The notes under the pieces were generated by a model. That model did no database searches, was not told the DNA's origin, and saw nothing but the letters and a program-made list of their open reading frames with translations. From NCBI RefSeq assembly GCF_964204865.1, contig NC_135262.1, forward strand, positions 11,718,001-11,782,000: DNA of 64,000 nt. The letters are read 5' to 3'. Positions within the stretch are counted from its first letter, which is position 1. The number at the start of each line of letters is the position of its first letter. This document shows positions 38,593 through 52,367 of the stretch, one piece after another. The stretch comes from Styela clava. Taxonomy: Eukaryota. Position numbers and translations under genes: made by a program.

Positions 38593-41500
38593 CACCGCCG
38601 AGATAATATGTTGTTGTTGTGCTTGTTGTTTTTATTTTTGTTGTTCTTGTTCTTTGACACGTTTTTAAAAAGTCGCTTTTTTCTTCGATTACTGGACCAA
38701 TTGCGTAGAAATTTCTAGTGAGTAAAAAATATTACTATTTTTTGCTAGAGGGCTATTACTTTTATTTTCCGCTATGACGTCATCAAAATTATGTTGTGCT
38801 ACGTGTCCATATATTTGAGCATAGCTCTCTTGTTCGTTATCGGAAGCATGAAGTCCATGGTGGAGGCGGCGAGTAGTCCAGCAATCATCTCGCGCATAAC
38901 CATCCCCGCAGGGGATTAGAAACTGCGGACCCACGCAGGGTAATCAAAAGTACGGTGGCGAGCGGCATTCAAACTTTTTCGTTCAGGATTGGTGTTCGAC
39001 TAACGATTAGTTCGAGTACCGAAACTTCATTTGCCATAAACAACAATGGTCATTATTTTAATTCATTTCTACGCATTCCAAAATACACAAAATATTAACA
39101 AACCGTGTACCTAAACAACAATAATTATTCAAATCGGTCGGGTGTTCGGGCACTGAATTTCCGTTCATTTAGGCTACCGGTACCGTAGCATTCTTGACTG
39201 AAATTCTGGTCGACTACCGAATTATCCGAGTATCCAGTCGTTCAACTACAATGTTGGTTTTGTTTGAAATTATGTATTAAAGTTTGGATTCCTTTAACAT
39301 CCGAGTATATGTATCTGGATTACGACAAGGGGTTTGGTTTGTAAGTATGACCTTGTCCAACATCAGCAATTGTCAGCTTAAATATATTTCTTTTTATTAG
39401 AAGACGACTAAACATCATACATACATACGATGTTTTTGAAGGCATTTAGGAATTTAAATCTTTTATTTTCGTTTTTATAGAAAATTGTTCACATGAAACA
39501 TGATATGTATCATTAATTCGCTATACGCATTTTCAGAATTTGATTCTCGATTTTCAGAATTGAACCTATGAATCAATATCTTTCTGTCAGATAAATATCG
39601 TTTTGAATGCCGGTGAAATCTTCTCCACATGGTGTATCTTGAATAGGATCTAACTGTGTTTTTAATGTTCGTCAAAGCAAAATTTCATTTTCTCTTGTCA
39701 TTTTTTATTCAAACCATAACATGAAATACAATAATCTCATTCGTGTTTTAAAATGTGTGATAACCTTGATATACTTTATGTTTTTATTCTTATCAATAAT
39801 GAAGGTATTGTATCAAATTTGCACTTCAAACATAGTCAAGTTCAGATTTGCACCGAAAAATTTTCGACCTTCTTATTATTAAACTTTCTAAGACTTTTTT
39901 AAAATTTGATGGCTAGAAAACGCTCATGCTTCATGCACTATTCAGGGAACACGCAGATTCATAGAATAGTTGATATTCCCGCCAACTGAACACAAGGAAT
40001 GTATTAATTGTTGACAAATATTAAAATGAACTAATGTGTTAATTTAACTCGTTTATTGTTTCAAAACTATTCTAAAACCGAGTTTGCATGGCCCGAAGGA
40101 ACAAGCACGCAGCGAGATTGAGCAAGACTTTATTACCACAAAAATAAAATAAGGCCCAAAAAGTATTTCAAACGTATTATTCGATACAAAAAATAAGAGA
40201 GAATATAAATATGTTTGCTACTATTGAACAACACGAAGCTGTCAAAGTAGTTACTGTGTGTAGCAGCCTCATAGATCAAAGGTAATTTATGAAAATGATG
40301 AATAATTGAGAATGAAATGTCATTAACAAGAAGTAAGGATACTATTTTATTCCGAGGACGATAAGATGATAATTCTCTTGAAAAACAAGCCATAGTGCTG
40401 AATACGTAGTTATTTTTTCATGCTGTCAATTCTTGTTTCATCTATACTAGATAGACAGAAAAATACTAGCACAAACAGGAGTGGAATTCATACGCGCACA
40501 AGTACTATCGCACATGAAATACATGGTGCATACGAATGCCTATTGGACAGACAGATTACCAAAACGTGATTCAACATTGTGTTTCACGATTTACATGTTT
40601 TATTTCTCATTGAGACAGGCATTCTTCATACTTCCTTTTTTCCTTTCTTTTTCTGTATATATGGCGTTTCAATTCGGCTTTCAATTATTACGAATCAAGG
40701 CTAACACACTTTAAATGTTTTAATTTAGATTGACTCTCACAGAATTTGGGGTAGCGAAAAACTTGATTTGAAATAGCCTACGTATCTAAGCCAAATTTAA
40801 AATAAAAATACGCATTTTTATAATTCAATTCTTCACTTCATATTCTGCTTTTTCTATAACTTCTACATTTAAACATTTTCTGAACTTATACCATGAATTT
40901 TAGCATCATATAATTGTTTCATTTTTGTATACTTCCAATTTTTCAGAAGAGGTTAAATCTTTCAACAGTTCTAAAGATTTTTGGCGTAAGGATAACAGAG
41001 CTTCAAAACACCAAATTCACCCCAATTCGAATTGAAATTATGAAAATGTTGGAACAGAGTCAGTTCACGAGTTCGTCAACTAAACCTTGCCAGTCAATCA
41101 TATCTGATCGCTAGAAGCAAACTCAGTGGTAAAATCAATATTCAAATGTAAACTGATAGGAGTTTTAAATTTAATGAAAACAAGTGAAAGAAATGATTTA
41201 CTATTGTATGAACATATGAATGATCTCATACATAGGTCAATCATGATGTGACATGACATTGACAATTTCTATGCAACACCAACTTAAATGGATAGTACAT
41301 GAAAAGATTCCAATGTCCAAATTTATGCATCATTTTGATTTAATTGATACATAGATAGTGAATAGAGAAATGCCAAAAAACCCACTTTGGCTGTTTTCTG
41401 ATTTTCTGTCTAATTTTCTATTTTCTAATTTCCATGCAAAAACTAACTAAATCGATTAATTATTGGTAACTATATATAAAATGTGTGCACGAATTGGATG

Positions 41501-44500
41501 ACCACTGATAATATGGATTAACCTATATTCAATGGATATAAATTGGACTATATATGACACAAAACTCCGGTAATGGTATGGTTTTATATTTTAATTGTTA
41601 CATATATTATTGAACTTGTGGGCAATGTGTTTGAAATTATGAAATTGTTTTAATTGGGTGCAAATTATACTTATTCGACAATAAAATTAATATACGAAAA
41701 TTCCGTTTGACATTGGAATTTATTTGGCAAAAAAAAAAAGTGGTAAAAACAAGTTCTTGTAATTACCGGAACGGACCCTAAATTACCTGAACGGGGTGGT
41801 GTATTTCAATGTAAATTGTTAACTTCTCTAGTATTTCTTCAAATCTTAGAAAATGCGGAAGTTTTAAAAACAGGAAAATGAAAACCTATCTCTTGATTTT
41901 CTTTTCAATTGTAATTCAGTGTGCGGAATTTGTCTTCTCGTTTAAACTTCATGTTACCGAAGAAAGGAAAGGCGAACCGTGCACCCGCACATCACCTTGA
42001 TCAATGGGAACACTTCATTCTCACGAATGTATGGTGCAATTTGGTCACAAGATTATAAAGAAAGATGATGCGATATTTAGGTATTTCTGTTATTCTGTAC
42101 ACAGATAGGCTCCAGCTATACATATGCTGTGTACGTCGCGATAGCCAGGCACAAAAGTGTAAACGCGGTAACGAAACTACCGATTTATGTGAAAATTCTA
42201 CTCGATTCCCGTGTCCGTTAATTTAGGATTCATTCAATTAATTCGGTATACCGTAAGTTAAAGGAGTAAGGTACCGGTATGACTTACAGACTTGAGTTAT
42301 ACCTGTATACTGTTATAGGCAGGGCTGCCATACGGTAACGTCCTTATTTCTAAGATTCGTCCTTATTTTGAAGGTCTTTGTCTTTGAAAATATTTTTTTG
42401 AAACGTCCTTATTTTGACATGTGTCCTTATTTTTGTTTTAATTTAGGGGTACGGTAGAGGTCACTTCGAGCTGTCGAGTGATTGATTTGCTAAAACATGT
42501 CAGCATGTAGAAATAATGTTAGAACCTCATTCTGTCATTCCAGCATTCTGTCATTGATTGCTATGAGCATTCATGATGTAATAACAGCATTTTACTGTAT
42601 TAATTCACACAATGTCAAAACAATAAACAACTTAGAAGTGAGATGGAACAGATACCGTACCAGTAGTTTCTAACAATAAAAAACTGCTGGAGAAGATCCT
42701 TTCTAACATTTGCGAAATTTTGAAATATGATGAAGGAAAAGGTATAACAAGTAAAACAGTACAAATCATGTCTTCTTTACTGTCTTTATGCAGTTATGAG
42801 ACCGTTTGGCCACCACAGTCCTAGCCTATATTGATACAAAAATCACAAGCCTGCAAGCAGAAGCTGTGCGATAGCCCGTGCTTAGAAAAAACGCAATTTG
42901 GATATCTGAATACCAAGAGCATTCTTGTAATCCGCGAGCTGTGAGATACTGAATCTAGTTTAGCCAGTTTGTCTCGATATAAAATCTGAGCTATGATCGA
43001 TAGCGAACTTCACAATTTCCAAACTATGGGAATATCAAAAATTAATCAGGATTGCAAACTGGGGAACCACATTAAATATGAATAGTGTCACACTGTCACT
43101 TTAAATTGGTATTACAATACCTCTGTGTCAAGGTATATACGGTAGGTATATAAAGGCATGTCGCGATAGGTATCTTTGTGGTGTTAATTTTTTTTTTTTT
43201 TTGCTTATTATAGATTCTATGTTACATCTGTACATATTTAAAATAAAAATAATACTTTCAGAAACAATAAATCAATCCGCACTTCATTATTCAAAATTTT
43301 CCTATATCAGTATGCCATATATTTGTATTGATCATCGTGTTGCATTAAAAATTTTCCTTTACATAATGTACAACAATAAAAAAATTTTAAACGTTGTTGT
43401 TCGAGGTTTGTGATGAACCATTTTAAAATACGACCTTAACTTATGTTTAACTGATAACAAAAAATGAAAACTTAACTATGTGGAATTCTTATATATATAT
43501 AGCTTATATTTATTATGACAGAGACAGATTATGATGAGATTGTACTATAAGTATATTTAAACTTTATATTATTCTAGTTGAATTTCTTTGTCATATTTAT
43601 CTATCTCTCTTATTTTTTTAACTTGATTTTGCTTACGTTTCTGTCATTAATTTATTACACGGCTGTCGAGGTTTATACTTTGTCAATGTTTATTAAGAGA
43701 ACAACTTCAATATTTCAAACATGAATCATTATTTTTGTTTGAGTATATTTTGTGTATAAGGAAAAGGATATTAACTCAATCTGCAGTTATCTCTTATGTT
43801 TTCAGTCATAGTTTTTTTCTGCTGCTATTGTTAGTTCGTTACTGTCTACCACATTGCATGACGCTTGCCCACACATGACTTTTGTCATTCAATTCGTATG
43901 TGGCTGATAGTAGAGAGCTATGAATATATTGTTTTATACTAAGGTAATTATTTTTAAGAAGTAGAAATGCAATTTCTGTTTCAATGGCATTGTTTATGAT
44001 TTAATAATAAACAATAAGATAATAAATAATATCTTAATTGACTCCTTTGTTATTTGTTTTTCTTCTGGCACATGGTATTAGCAGTGTGATACTAATGATG
44101 TCTCTTCCGTATTTTTCCATTTTCCACCATATTGTTTAGTATTTTGATATGGTGCTAAACAAACAATTGTTGCCTTTTTATTTTTATCATGCTCAAATCA
44201 AACAAGTCAGTATTGTCAGTGACTCGTGTCTGGTTTCTAGTAATGATTCCAAGGTAGAGTCATAAGGTTATTTTCGAAGGAAACTGTTGAGTTTGGTTTG
44301 TGGATTGAGCTGTTTAATGAGTACATTTCATCTTTATTATTTACTCTATACTAAATTTAACCAGACAGAAAATGGTGTGAAGATTATATATTATTCAGGG
44401 TGAACCTGAGAAAAAACAGAAACATTAATTTATTGTACGAAAAGGGAAAAAATGTATTTAATACTTGAACTTCTGTTTGTGTATAATTGTACCCAAAAGT

Positions 44501-44686
44501 TTCAGGAATTTAGGATGCTTTGCACAAAAGATGTTGTTTCTAGAATATGTTCCAATCGACCTGATCTCGTTTTGAATTTGAATACTGCGACTAATAATCA
44601 ACCTAACAACCTATTGCGCATTTTTATTACAGATCGTAATAGGCATATAACTGGAATCCTACGATCAACCTTTTGTTGTCAGAAAT

Positions 44687-47600
44687 ATGTCCTGTTTGCC
44701 TTGGAAAGGGCATTCGAGACATATGGATGCCAATGATGTAATAAACAGTATCTATCACGAAAGACAACGATATGAATTATGTGCTCTTCACGCTCTTAAT
44801 AATATATTTCAAGATCCGAATGCGTTTTCGAAAGAAATTCTTGACGACATATGCTACAAGTGAGATATTTTGGTTGTTTGTTATTTAGTCAAATATTAAC
44901 CGCACTGTTTCTGCATGTTGATCTAGTGCTGCCTTTGCCAATAAGAATAGTGAAAGTACATAATTTCTATTCATTTGAAATATATAATCATTCTTTCATC
45001 TAGGATGTTATCAAATTTAAACAGAGTTGATCATATCCTCCTCATTGAGAAAATTTTTAGATAAGAGATATTTCGAAAATCTATATTAACAATTATGTTT
45101 ACAAAAATGTTTGTTATTTGATATTTTGACAATCTATATTGTTTAAATTGGATTGTACCTCTTTGTAATTAGTGTGTAATTTCACTGCTAATTATGCCAA
45201 CATTTTTGATGAGGATTTTCGATTGATACAATAAAAACTTGAGAGGATTTATGCATCACCTTGTGACGGGATGAGAATTTTGAAAAGCGCAATTGTGAGA
45301 ATCAATTATAGTATTCTGAGCTGTGCCAAGCCAAAACTCAGAAACAGCTAACCAGAGTCAGGTCAAGTTTCAATATTGACAATCCAATGATGTGAAAAAT
45401 TAGTTCTTATAAGTTTTTGGAATTCTTGAAATTTGACTCTTAGTTTATCTATGGCTCGGGTATGACTTGGTATTAACTCCACCTTCCATCTTTATTTTAG
45501 TTTCAAACTTGAAATACAAACATGCACTTGATTTGAAGATACGTAATATAGTAATGAATTTGTTCCATAGGCTACTATTATTATATTTTTTTGTTATATT
45601 TTTCAGGTTATCACCAGACACAATGTTGAATCCACATAAAAGCGTACTCGGTACTGGAGATTATGATGTAAATGTTATCATGGCAGCTTTACAATCGAAA
45701 GGTTATGCTGCCATTTGGTGGGATAAACGAAAGTGAGTTTTCATGTTTGTTTCATTATCAGTAATGCTAAAATTTTATTGACTTAATAAATTAAATGGTC
45801 ATTTGGTACTTACTGGTTACTGATTTTTAGAACTGACTCTTCGATTTTAGACTTAAAAAAACACCAGGCATAGAATTTTGATAATTATCAATGAAAGAGT
45901 ACACTCATGAGAGCCGAAATCAAAATTGAATACCCTCTCCATGATATTCTAAATTAGATATATTAGATGCAGTAAGTTGGTTTAAGAACATTTCTAAAAT
46001 ATTCCTGATATAATTTTGTTATTCGAAGCTATTGACATTGTGTAATTAAAGGAGAATAATTAACATATATTAACTGTATAAATAATAAAGAATATTCAAA
46101 ACAATGGTTATTTCGACATTTCTACGTTTTCAAATTCAATCGCTATGAAATTGAAATGATTTATGCATTTTTCTCTATTGAATATGGCCTGAATTCTTCA
46201 TTTCCGAATATTAGTTCAAAATGAATTTTAAATTGTAGATTAATATTAAGTAACAAAGAATATGAGTTTTAATGAGGCTTGTTATTGATTTATTGAATAT
46301 ATGATTTTTCTAGGTTGCTTACTAAAGTAATTATTATGCTGTTTGAACAATTGCCTATTCATTTCCTGATTTAGTAAAATTTTATTATTGTTCACATCAC
46401 ATTAGTATGTTAATCTCTACTAGCGCTTATCAAAACATGCAGATATGATTGGGGTTATTACTGAGTGAGATTTAAAACCAAGTAATGTATAAAGAATATA
46501 GGTCATAGGTTTGTTCAATGTTTGCATCAATGAGAAACTTGCTGTTACATCTTTTCTGAAAGTCTAATAATCTTGGGGTTGGTAGGTTCTGGCTTCACTC
46601 GTGCAATACTTATATCCGGGTACTCGATTTTGTGAAATTCATGTGAAGATCAAATGAAGATAAGAACCAAAAATGTTTTCAAAAGAGTGTGGGAGGAAAT
46701 GGATGTTTCTGCAACCTTTGAGTTCACAAAAATTGCACCTTGCGTTACTATTGCGAAATTTTCGAAGTATGTTCGCAAGTTGGCATAAGCAAACTGGTGC
46801 ATTTTCAATATCACCATTTCACTCAAAAAACATTCGAGCAGGTTTCATAAAAATGTATTGAGATTTAAATTTTTGATTTTAAAAGCCCTGTTTATCTTGC
46901 TTTTTGATTACTGTAAAACCTAAAGCTTACAAATAACTCTGGAACCTACAAAAGCAAATCAATGTTGCAATCATGCTTGAAAATCGGTCTTTGTAAAATG
47001 TATCTGAGCGTCTTTTTGAATTTTAATTGGTATGTCACTGTGGACTTTTTGCTGATTAGTCATTGTTACAAAAATAAACAAGGAAGTCGATGCTCTGAGA
47101 AAACGAAAACGTCAATATCCACTATGAGATAATTATATTTTCTGCTCCACTTTCAACATCACTCCCAACCCAACCAACTCATTTTTATAGGCTTTTAAAT
47201 TTAATAAATTTTGTTTTCAAATAGGACTCACTTGAGAGTCTTATCATTTACGTTTTAATATTGGAAAAGCAAATTATTGGAGAAGCAAATCCACGCGAAC
47301 TTGAATAATTCTAAATAATTCAAATCCATGATTTGTATGTGGGGGAAAAATGAACTAGGGAAAGTATCAACCAGGGATCTCCGAAGAGAATCGAATATTT
47401 GAATACATTCAAATTTCATTATATTCAATACAAATAATTTTTGCTTTCAGTAATTTTTTCTTTAAATTAGAGATTTGGAGCTGTCAGACAAGCAGATCAA
47501 CTTTGTAAAGAAAACAATTACCTTTGTATTTACGTTGTTTCAGACATGTTCAACCTGAAATTATTTTCCACATGAACTTGCCTCCAATTTAGAATGTACC

Positions 47601-50089
47601 GGTAATCGTTAGTGAAAATTTTTTTTTCAAAATATTTGGATTTGGCCATCCCTAGTGTCATCCAGTTTTTATTACTGAATAAACCTTCAGAAATAATAAC
47701 CTTAAGCGGCTAAATATCATTTCATCACTAGGAAAGTCACCCCAAATACAAACTTGGGACACTTTGTGATCCACCTGTCAGTGATTTGCCACCTCTGCCT
47801 TATAATATACCATTGTAACAGTCTTAATCTTCTATTTCAAATGTTATATCAGTAAAAACCAAAGCTTCGGGCTCTTGGTGCACAGTATTTTTCCACTACT
47901 AGTTTGTTTGCGTATTATGGCATCGTTGGTATTTTCCATAGAAATTATACTTCATTCTTTACCAAAAATGAATGCTAATATCTAGTATGATTGGAATGTT
48001 ATTTGCATTTATATTTGTAGGCCACTGGTATTTGGCTCACTCAATGTATTTTAGATTTAAAGAAAATGCATACCGGTATTTATAAGCAATGACATAATAC
48101 CATCATTTGGTCAGGAAATTGATTCAAAACATCTGGCTTGAATTTTTGGTAGCTCATTATTTTTAATTTGAATACAGTGTAGCATAATGAAGCGAGAGGG
48201 AAAAAATGAGATTTTTTTTATCCTGTATTATATCCAAATGGCTGGCAGCAGTATGAACTTTAGACGGATATTATAGCAATAAAACTTTCAATCATCTGTT
48301 CTATTTTTAAATTTGAAAGTGATTTCAACCATTTGATGAATGTTTTAATTATTCATATAATTTGCTAAACTGAGTAAAACTTATCTAGATCAGCCAAATT
48401 TGGTTCAATAGCAGGTTAAATGTACTAGTAGAATGTTCATGTATTTTTTTCAATATACTACTGGATTTCAGTATTCAAATTCAAAAAATAATTATATTGG
48501 AATGCCCTGTGATTTTCCTACACCTCCCAGATATGCATTCTATGTATTACATAATAACATAATTTGACTCTGGGTGGCATATTTGCAGTTACCTAATTTC
48601 AGTATTTGTGTAATTATTTTATTTCATCTGGATGGCGCAATCGCCTAGCGGTTAAACTATTAAGACTTGATAACTGTGATGGCTTGGCAGAAAACACATC
48701 TCAGGTTAAAATCCCATGCGTCCAGCTCACCCAGAGTGTATTAAGTTGAGTAGGCAATGCCGAGTCCTTTCAATTAATAATAGCTTCTTACATTTTATTA
48801 GACATCACATCAGTGGCTTCTTCTATAGGGCGTTAGGGACTAAAGGCGAGAAATAAGTGTTGTATAATAAAAAAAATTATCAGCAAATTGAATCTTAGTG
48901 AAATGACAGGTTTGGAAACAAATAAACTCTTTTTCTCATCTTCTATTTTACCTGGTTGAATGTAATTAAATTATTCAACTTTATTTTTCAGGAACATAAG
49001 TTCCCTTCACCTACCGAGTGTCAAAGGTTTAATGTTGAATATTCCATCCGAAATTGATCTTGGCCTTTTCAAATTACCTCTGAAACGAAGACATTGGATC
49101 GCGTTGCTTGCAATAGATGAGGTTTTTTATAATCTTGACTCAAAATTGAAGAAACCATCGTTAATTGGTGGACGAGACTTAATAAGGTGAGTTGAGAGTT
49201 TAATATGAATATATTCTTGAGAATATTTTATTAATTTATGATACTTTAAAGTGAGTTTGAACTAATGCTTATTCTTAAATAGCGTTATTCAAGTGGGGTT
49301 TTCGCAGTCTTAATGCTTGACAAAACAAAAATGGGGTTCTCTAAGAGTTCAATTAAGTATAGTGGGTTTCTGTAATTAAAGGTTGTTGCATATGCTCATT
49401 GATTAGTGACCATGATAAAGCAGACAATGAGACAAAAAATTGTGTGAAATAATGGAAACAGTTTCCTTCGCTTTATTCTAACCCTCTATTCCTTAGAGTG
49501 GGTAGTGTTAATATAGTCTCGACATGGGCAAACTACTCCCTCTGGCCAAATCTGTCCCGTTTCATGACTTAATCCGGCCCTGCAATAGGCTTGTTAGATT
49601 ATGATTGTGTAAGCTGTATTTTTGGTTGCCACAGACTTTCATGATATGGAATTTTGACAAAACTTTAGGTTTATTTGCTTACTCTATTGAACAGTGTGCT
49701 TTTCACAGCTTGTTCTATTTCTCGCTCGCTTGCTGTGTGTGGTCACATAAAACATTTCACGTCATACTTATATGGCCCTGGTCCAAAAACCTTGGCCACC
49801 CCTGGTAAAGTCTATATTGTATGAATATTCGAAAAGTTGTCAAAACTTATCGCTTCTTTTTCAATAATATTTCATTTGCTGGCTATTGATCGCTTTTATG
49901 CCGTTACAATGTTAGCAAACTTGTTATGTACAAACATGCGCTTTTTTTCACTACAGGGCTTACCTCGAGAAACTACTCGGTGCCAAGAACAGTGAACTAC
50001 TCTTGGTTGTTGACAATGTAGTGGAGCAAACTCGAGAATGGAAAACTGTGACTCCCAATAATTCTGAGAGTAGTTTAGAGACAACATAG
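44687..50089 (+). CDS. JOSD1: Josephin-domain deubiquitinase (JOSD1-like), 4 coding exons, ~208 aa
   Basis: Exons 44687-44859, 45607-45732, 48992-49186 and 49957-50089 are GT-AG and in frame. Protein: MSCLPWKG...[18 protein letters not shown]...[16 protein letters not shown]...WWDKRK...[11 protein letters not shown]...YNLDSKL...ELLLVV. The catalytic Cys/His/Asp triad is intact. The N-terminus MSCxPWKG matches vertebrate JOSD1. Confidence 0.93.
48630..48785 (+). mobile_element. Older, degenerate tRNA-derived SINE family B
   Basis: A-box-like GCCTAGCGGTTAA, B-box-like GGTTAAAATCCC, then CACCCAGAGTGTA. Related fragments at ~8505-8670(+), 13875-13940(-), 15985-16065(+), 32455-32530(+) and 32716-32795(+). 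Confidence 0.55.
49519..49804. mobile_element. Degenerate hAT-type MITE in JOSD1 intron 3
   Basis: Left GACATGGGCAAAC...GGCCAAATC...CGGCCC; right GGCCC...TTGGCCACCCCTG; imperfect flanks ATATAGTC / GTAAAGTC. Confidence 0.5.
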
Positions 50090-52074
50090 CAGAATGATCT
50101 AAAAAATGCGCTGCCATGAGAATTATGTTTGCAGTAATTGACATGTTTATAAATACCGTAATCTGGAATGCCATCATTGATGAGGTATAGCCGTTAGCAT
50201 TTTCTGGTAGAAGTACTGATAGCTGAACTGAGAATGGTTAAGCGATTCGTCGGAACGTTTTGTCTAAAGTTAATTTTTTCTGTGAAATGTTGTGTGTGTA
50301 TTTTATACTTAATCTAAGATTTATTATCTTGGATAACATAATTAAATTTCATACTTTAACAAATATTGAACTATCAAATTATTGTGAAATTTGCATTGTT
50401 CGAATCGTTTCGTGAGGCACATCATATCTTATCGGTATTTATAATTCAGTCTTTTTCATCTTCCTGCTTCCTGTTTTGTTTTGTCAATATTTTATCATTC
50501 AGAAGGCTTATGTTTGAATGGAATTACACTTGCAATCATCGTTTAAATCAAACAAATATAGCTAATAAAGTATGCTTTTATTCTGATATTATAACATTTT
50601 CAATAAACCACTTAGAATTTTACGGTACTTTGGCAACAAGAAGTCTGGGATTTTTCATGCAGTTTTTCATGCCTACCTACGATTGCCTTTGATCGCTGTA
50701 AAAATGATCTCGTCTTATATATATCATTGCCTCGCTGTATACTTAACGACCCTATTAATGTAATTCAAATTTGTAAGTTTTGTCACCAATGTGATTATGT
50801 GTCACCACAAGGCATGGTTTTTGCACCATCAGTCTTTTTACTTTATGATGAATACTTTCTCGTCCAGTGCATATATGTAATATAGTATAACTTAGCTAAC
50901 ATGGCATGTGAAATGTCATTGTCATTCTCTAATCAAGTGTGCAGTTTAACTTGTTTGTTTGTCTGGTTGAAAATAGCAATCAAATTGGTAATCCAAGTTT
51001 TTCACTTTCACATGTTTCTGTATTTAAGACAGCAATTTCTTCTCGCCTAATCTATGGTAATTCATCCATTTTTGATGGTTTACCCGAAGATTTCGTTTCA
51101 TTTATTTTATTTTCAAATCTGTATATTGTTTTCATGTACTAGGCTTTCTCGAAAAGTCGTTCATACAAGATTGCTCAAGTTCAAGATGTTTTAGCAACCG
51201 ATTTACTAATGCTAAACTTGAAATTGAATGAAATATCAACACCCACAAACTGAAACTTAACATTGAAACTGAATGAATGCATATATATACTGGCATTTGC
51301 GTAAGAACTCTTTCCTAACTTGAGTAACTGATGTATTTGGGTTTCAAAATAAAATGATGAGGTATGGATGTGGCTAGGTGGAAGTTGATTATTTTCTTTG
51401 GTACCCTATTTTGGTGCATTTGTTATTGTTTTTTTTTCTCTCAATATATATTTCACAAAGTTTAAATAGAAAACGATCTGATATGTTTATCATATATTGG
51501 AGGGTAACCAACCATTCGCACGCAGACTAGGTATTTTGCAAGCATGTGTGAGAAATCGTTGCTGAATAATTTGACCCAAGTCCGGAAGCTTGTAAAATTT
51601 TATATTGTAAAAAACCATTCGTTTTTTGGAGCGTATATCGGAATACTGCAATTTTCTGCGCTTGCCCTTATCGTTAGATTCCTGCGTTGGTGGACGCGAG
51701 TCCTCTTATTTGAGGCCAGCGATGTGAACTACGATCGCCCGTGACGCGACTCCGGGCTTTTAAAGACCTGTATTGTATCCAACACTGTGATACTCATCCA
51801 CGTCAAGATACGAATTTTACTGGCTTGGCTTTTATATACCGGAAATCACAAAATAGCATTTAGCGCGAGCTAAGCGTTGGGAATACGCTGGTCGGTTACG
51901 GCTTCCTCCACCATCAAGTCCATACTTCCGAATAGTGTAACTGTAACTGACTAATCCCATACCCGACATGGAATGGTAACCGGACGAGAGGCCGTGGTTC
52001 GCGAGAGGATTGCTGGACACCTCGCCGCCGTATAGTGGTACACGTAACCGCTGGTCGGTTACGGCTTTCTACAC

Positions 52075-52367
52075 CAGGGCTACTCAACTATTTTTACCGA
52101 AGATCCGCATACGAAACATCAAAATTATTTGGGTCCTGTGTTTCCATAATTTATATTTCGGCATCCGTGAACTCGCACTTCCTCGACCGGCTAATGATTA
52201 ATATCAGCTAATCGAGATTGTTCATTATGGCGTTACAGTTCTTTTCATATATATTCAAAACAATAAAAGTCATTTTATAAAATGAAACGTTAAGAATTGG
52301 GTGCGGTCCGAATCAAATTGTCGCAAGGTCCGGATTCGGACAGAGATCCGCCAGTTGAGTAGTCCTG
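52075..52367. mobile_element. hAT MITE inserted inside a SINE family A copy
   Basis: TIRs CAGGGCTACTCAACT / AGTTGAGTAGTCCTG; TSD TTCTACAC / TCCTACAC. The SINE sequence resumes (catcaagtccatgcttccg) right after. Confidence 0.85.

Noticed and set aside
39475-40393. Two short minus-strand ORFs between CFAP44 and JOSD1
   Set aside because: Interrupted by stops, with no recognisable family or consistent splice signals. A gene remnant cannot be supported without a homology search.
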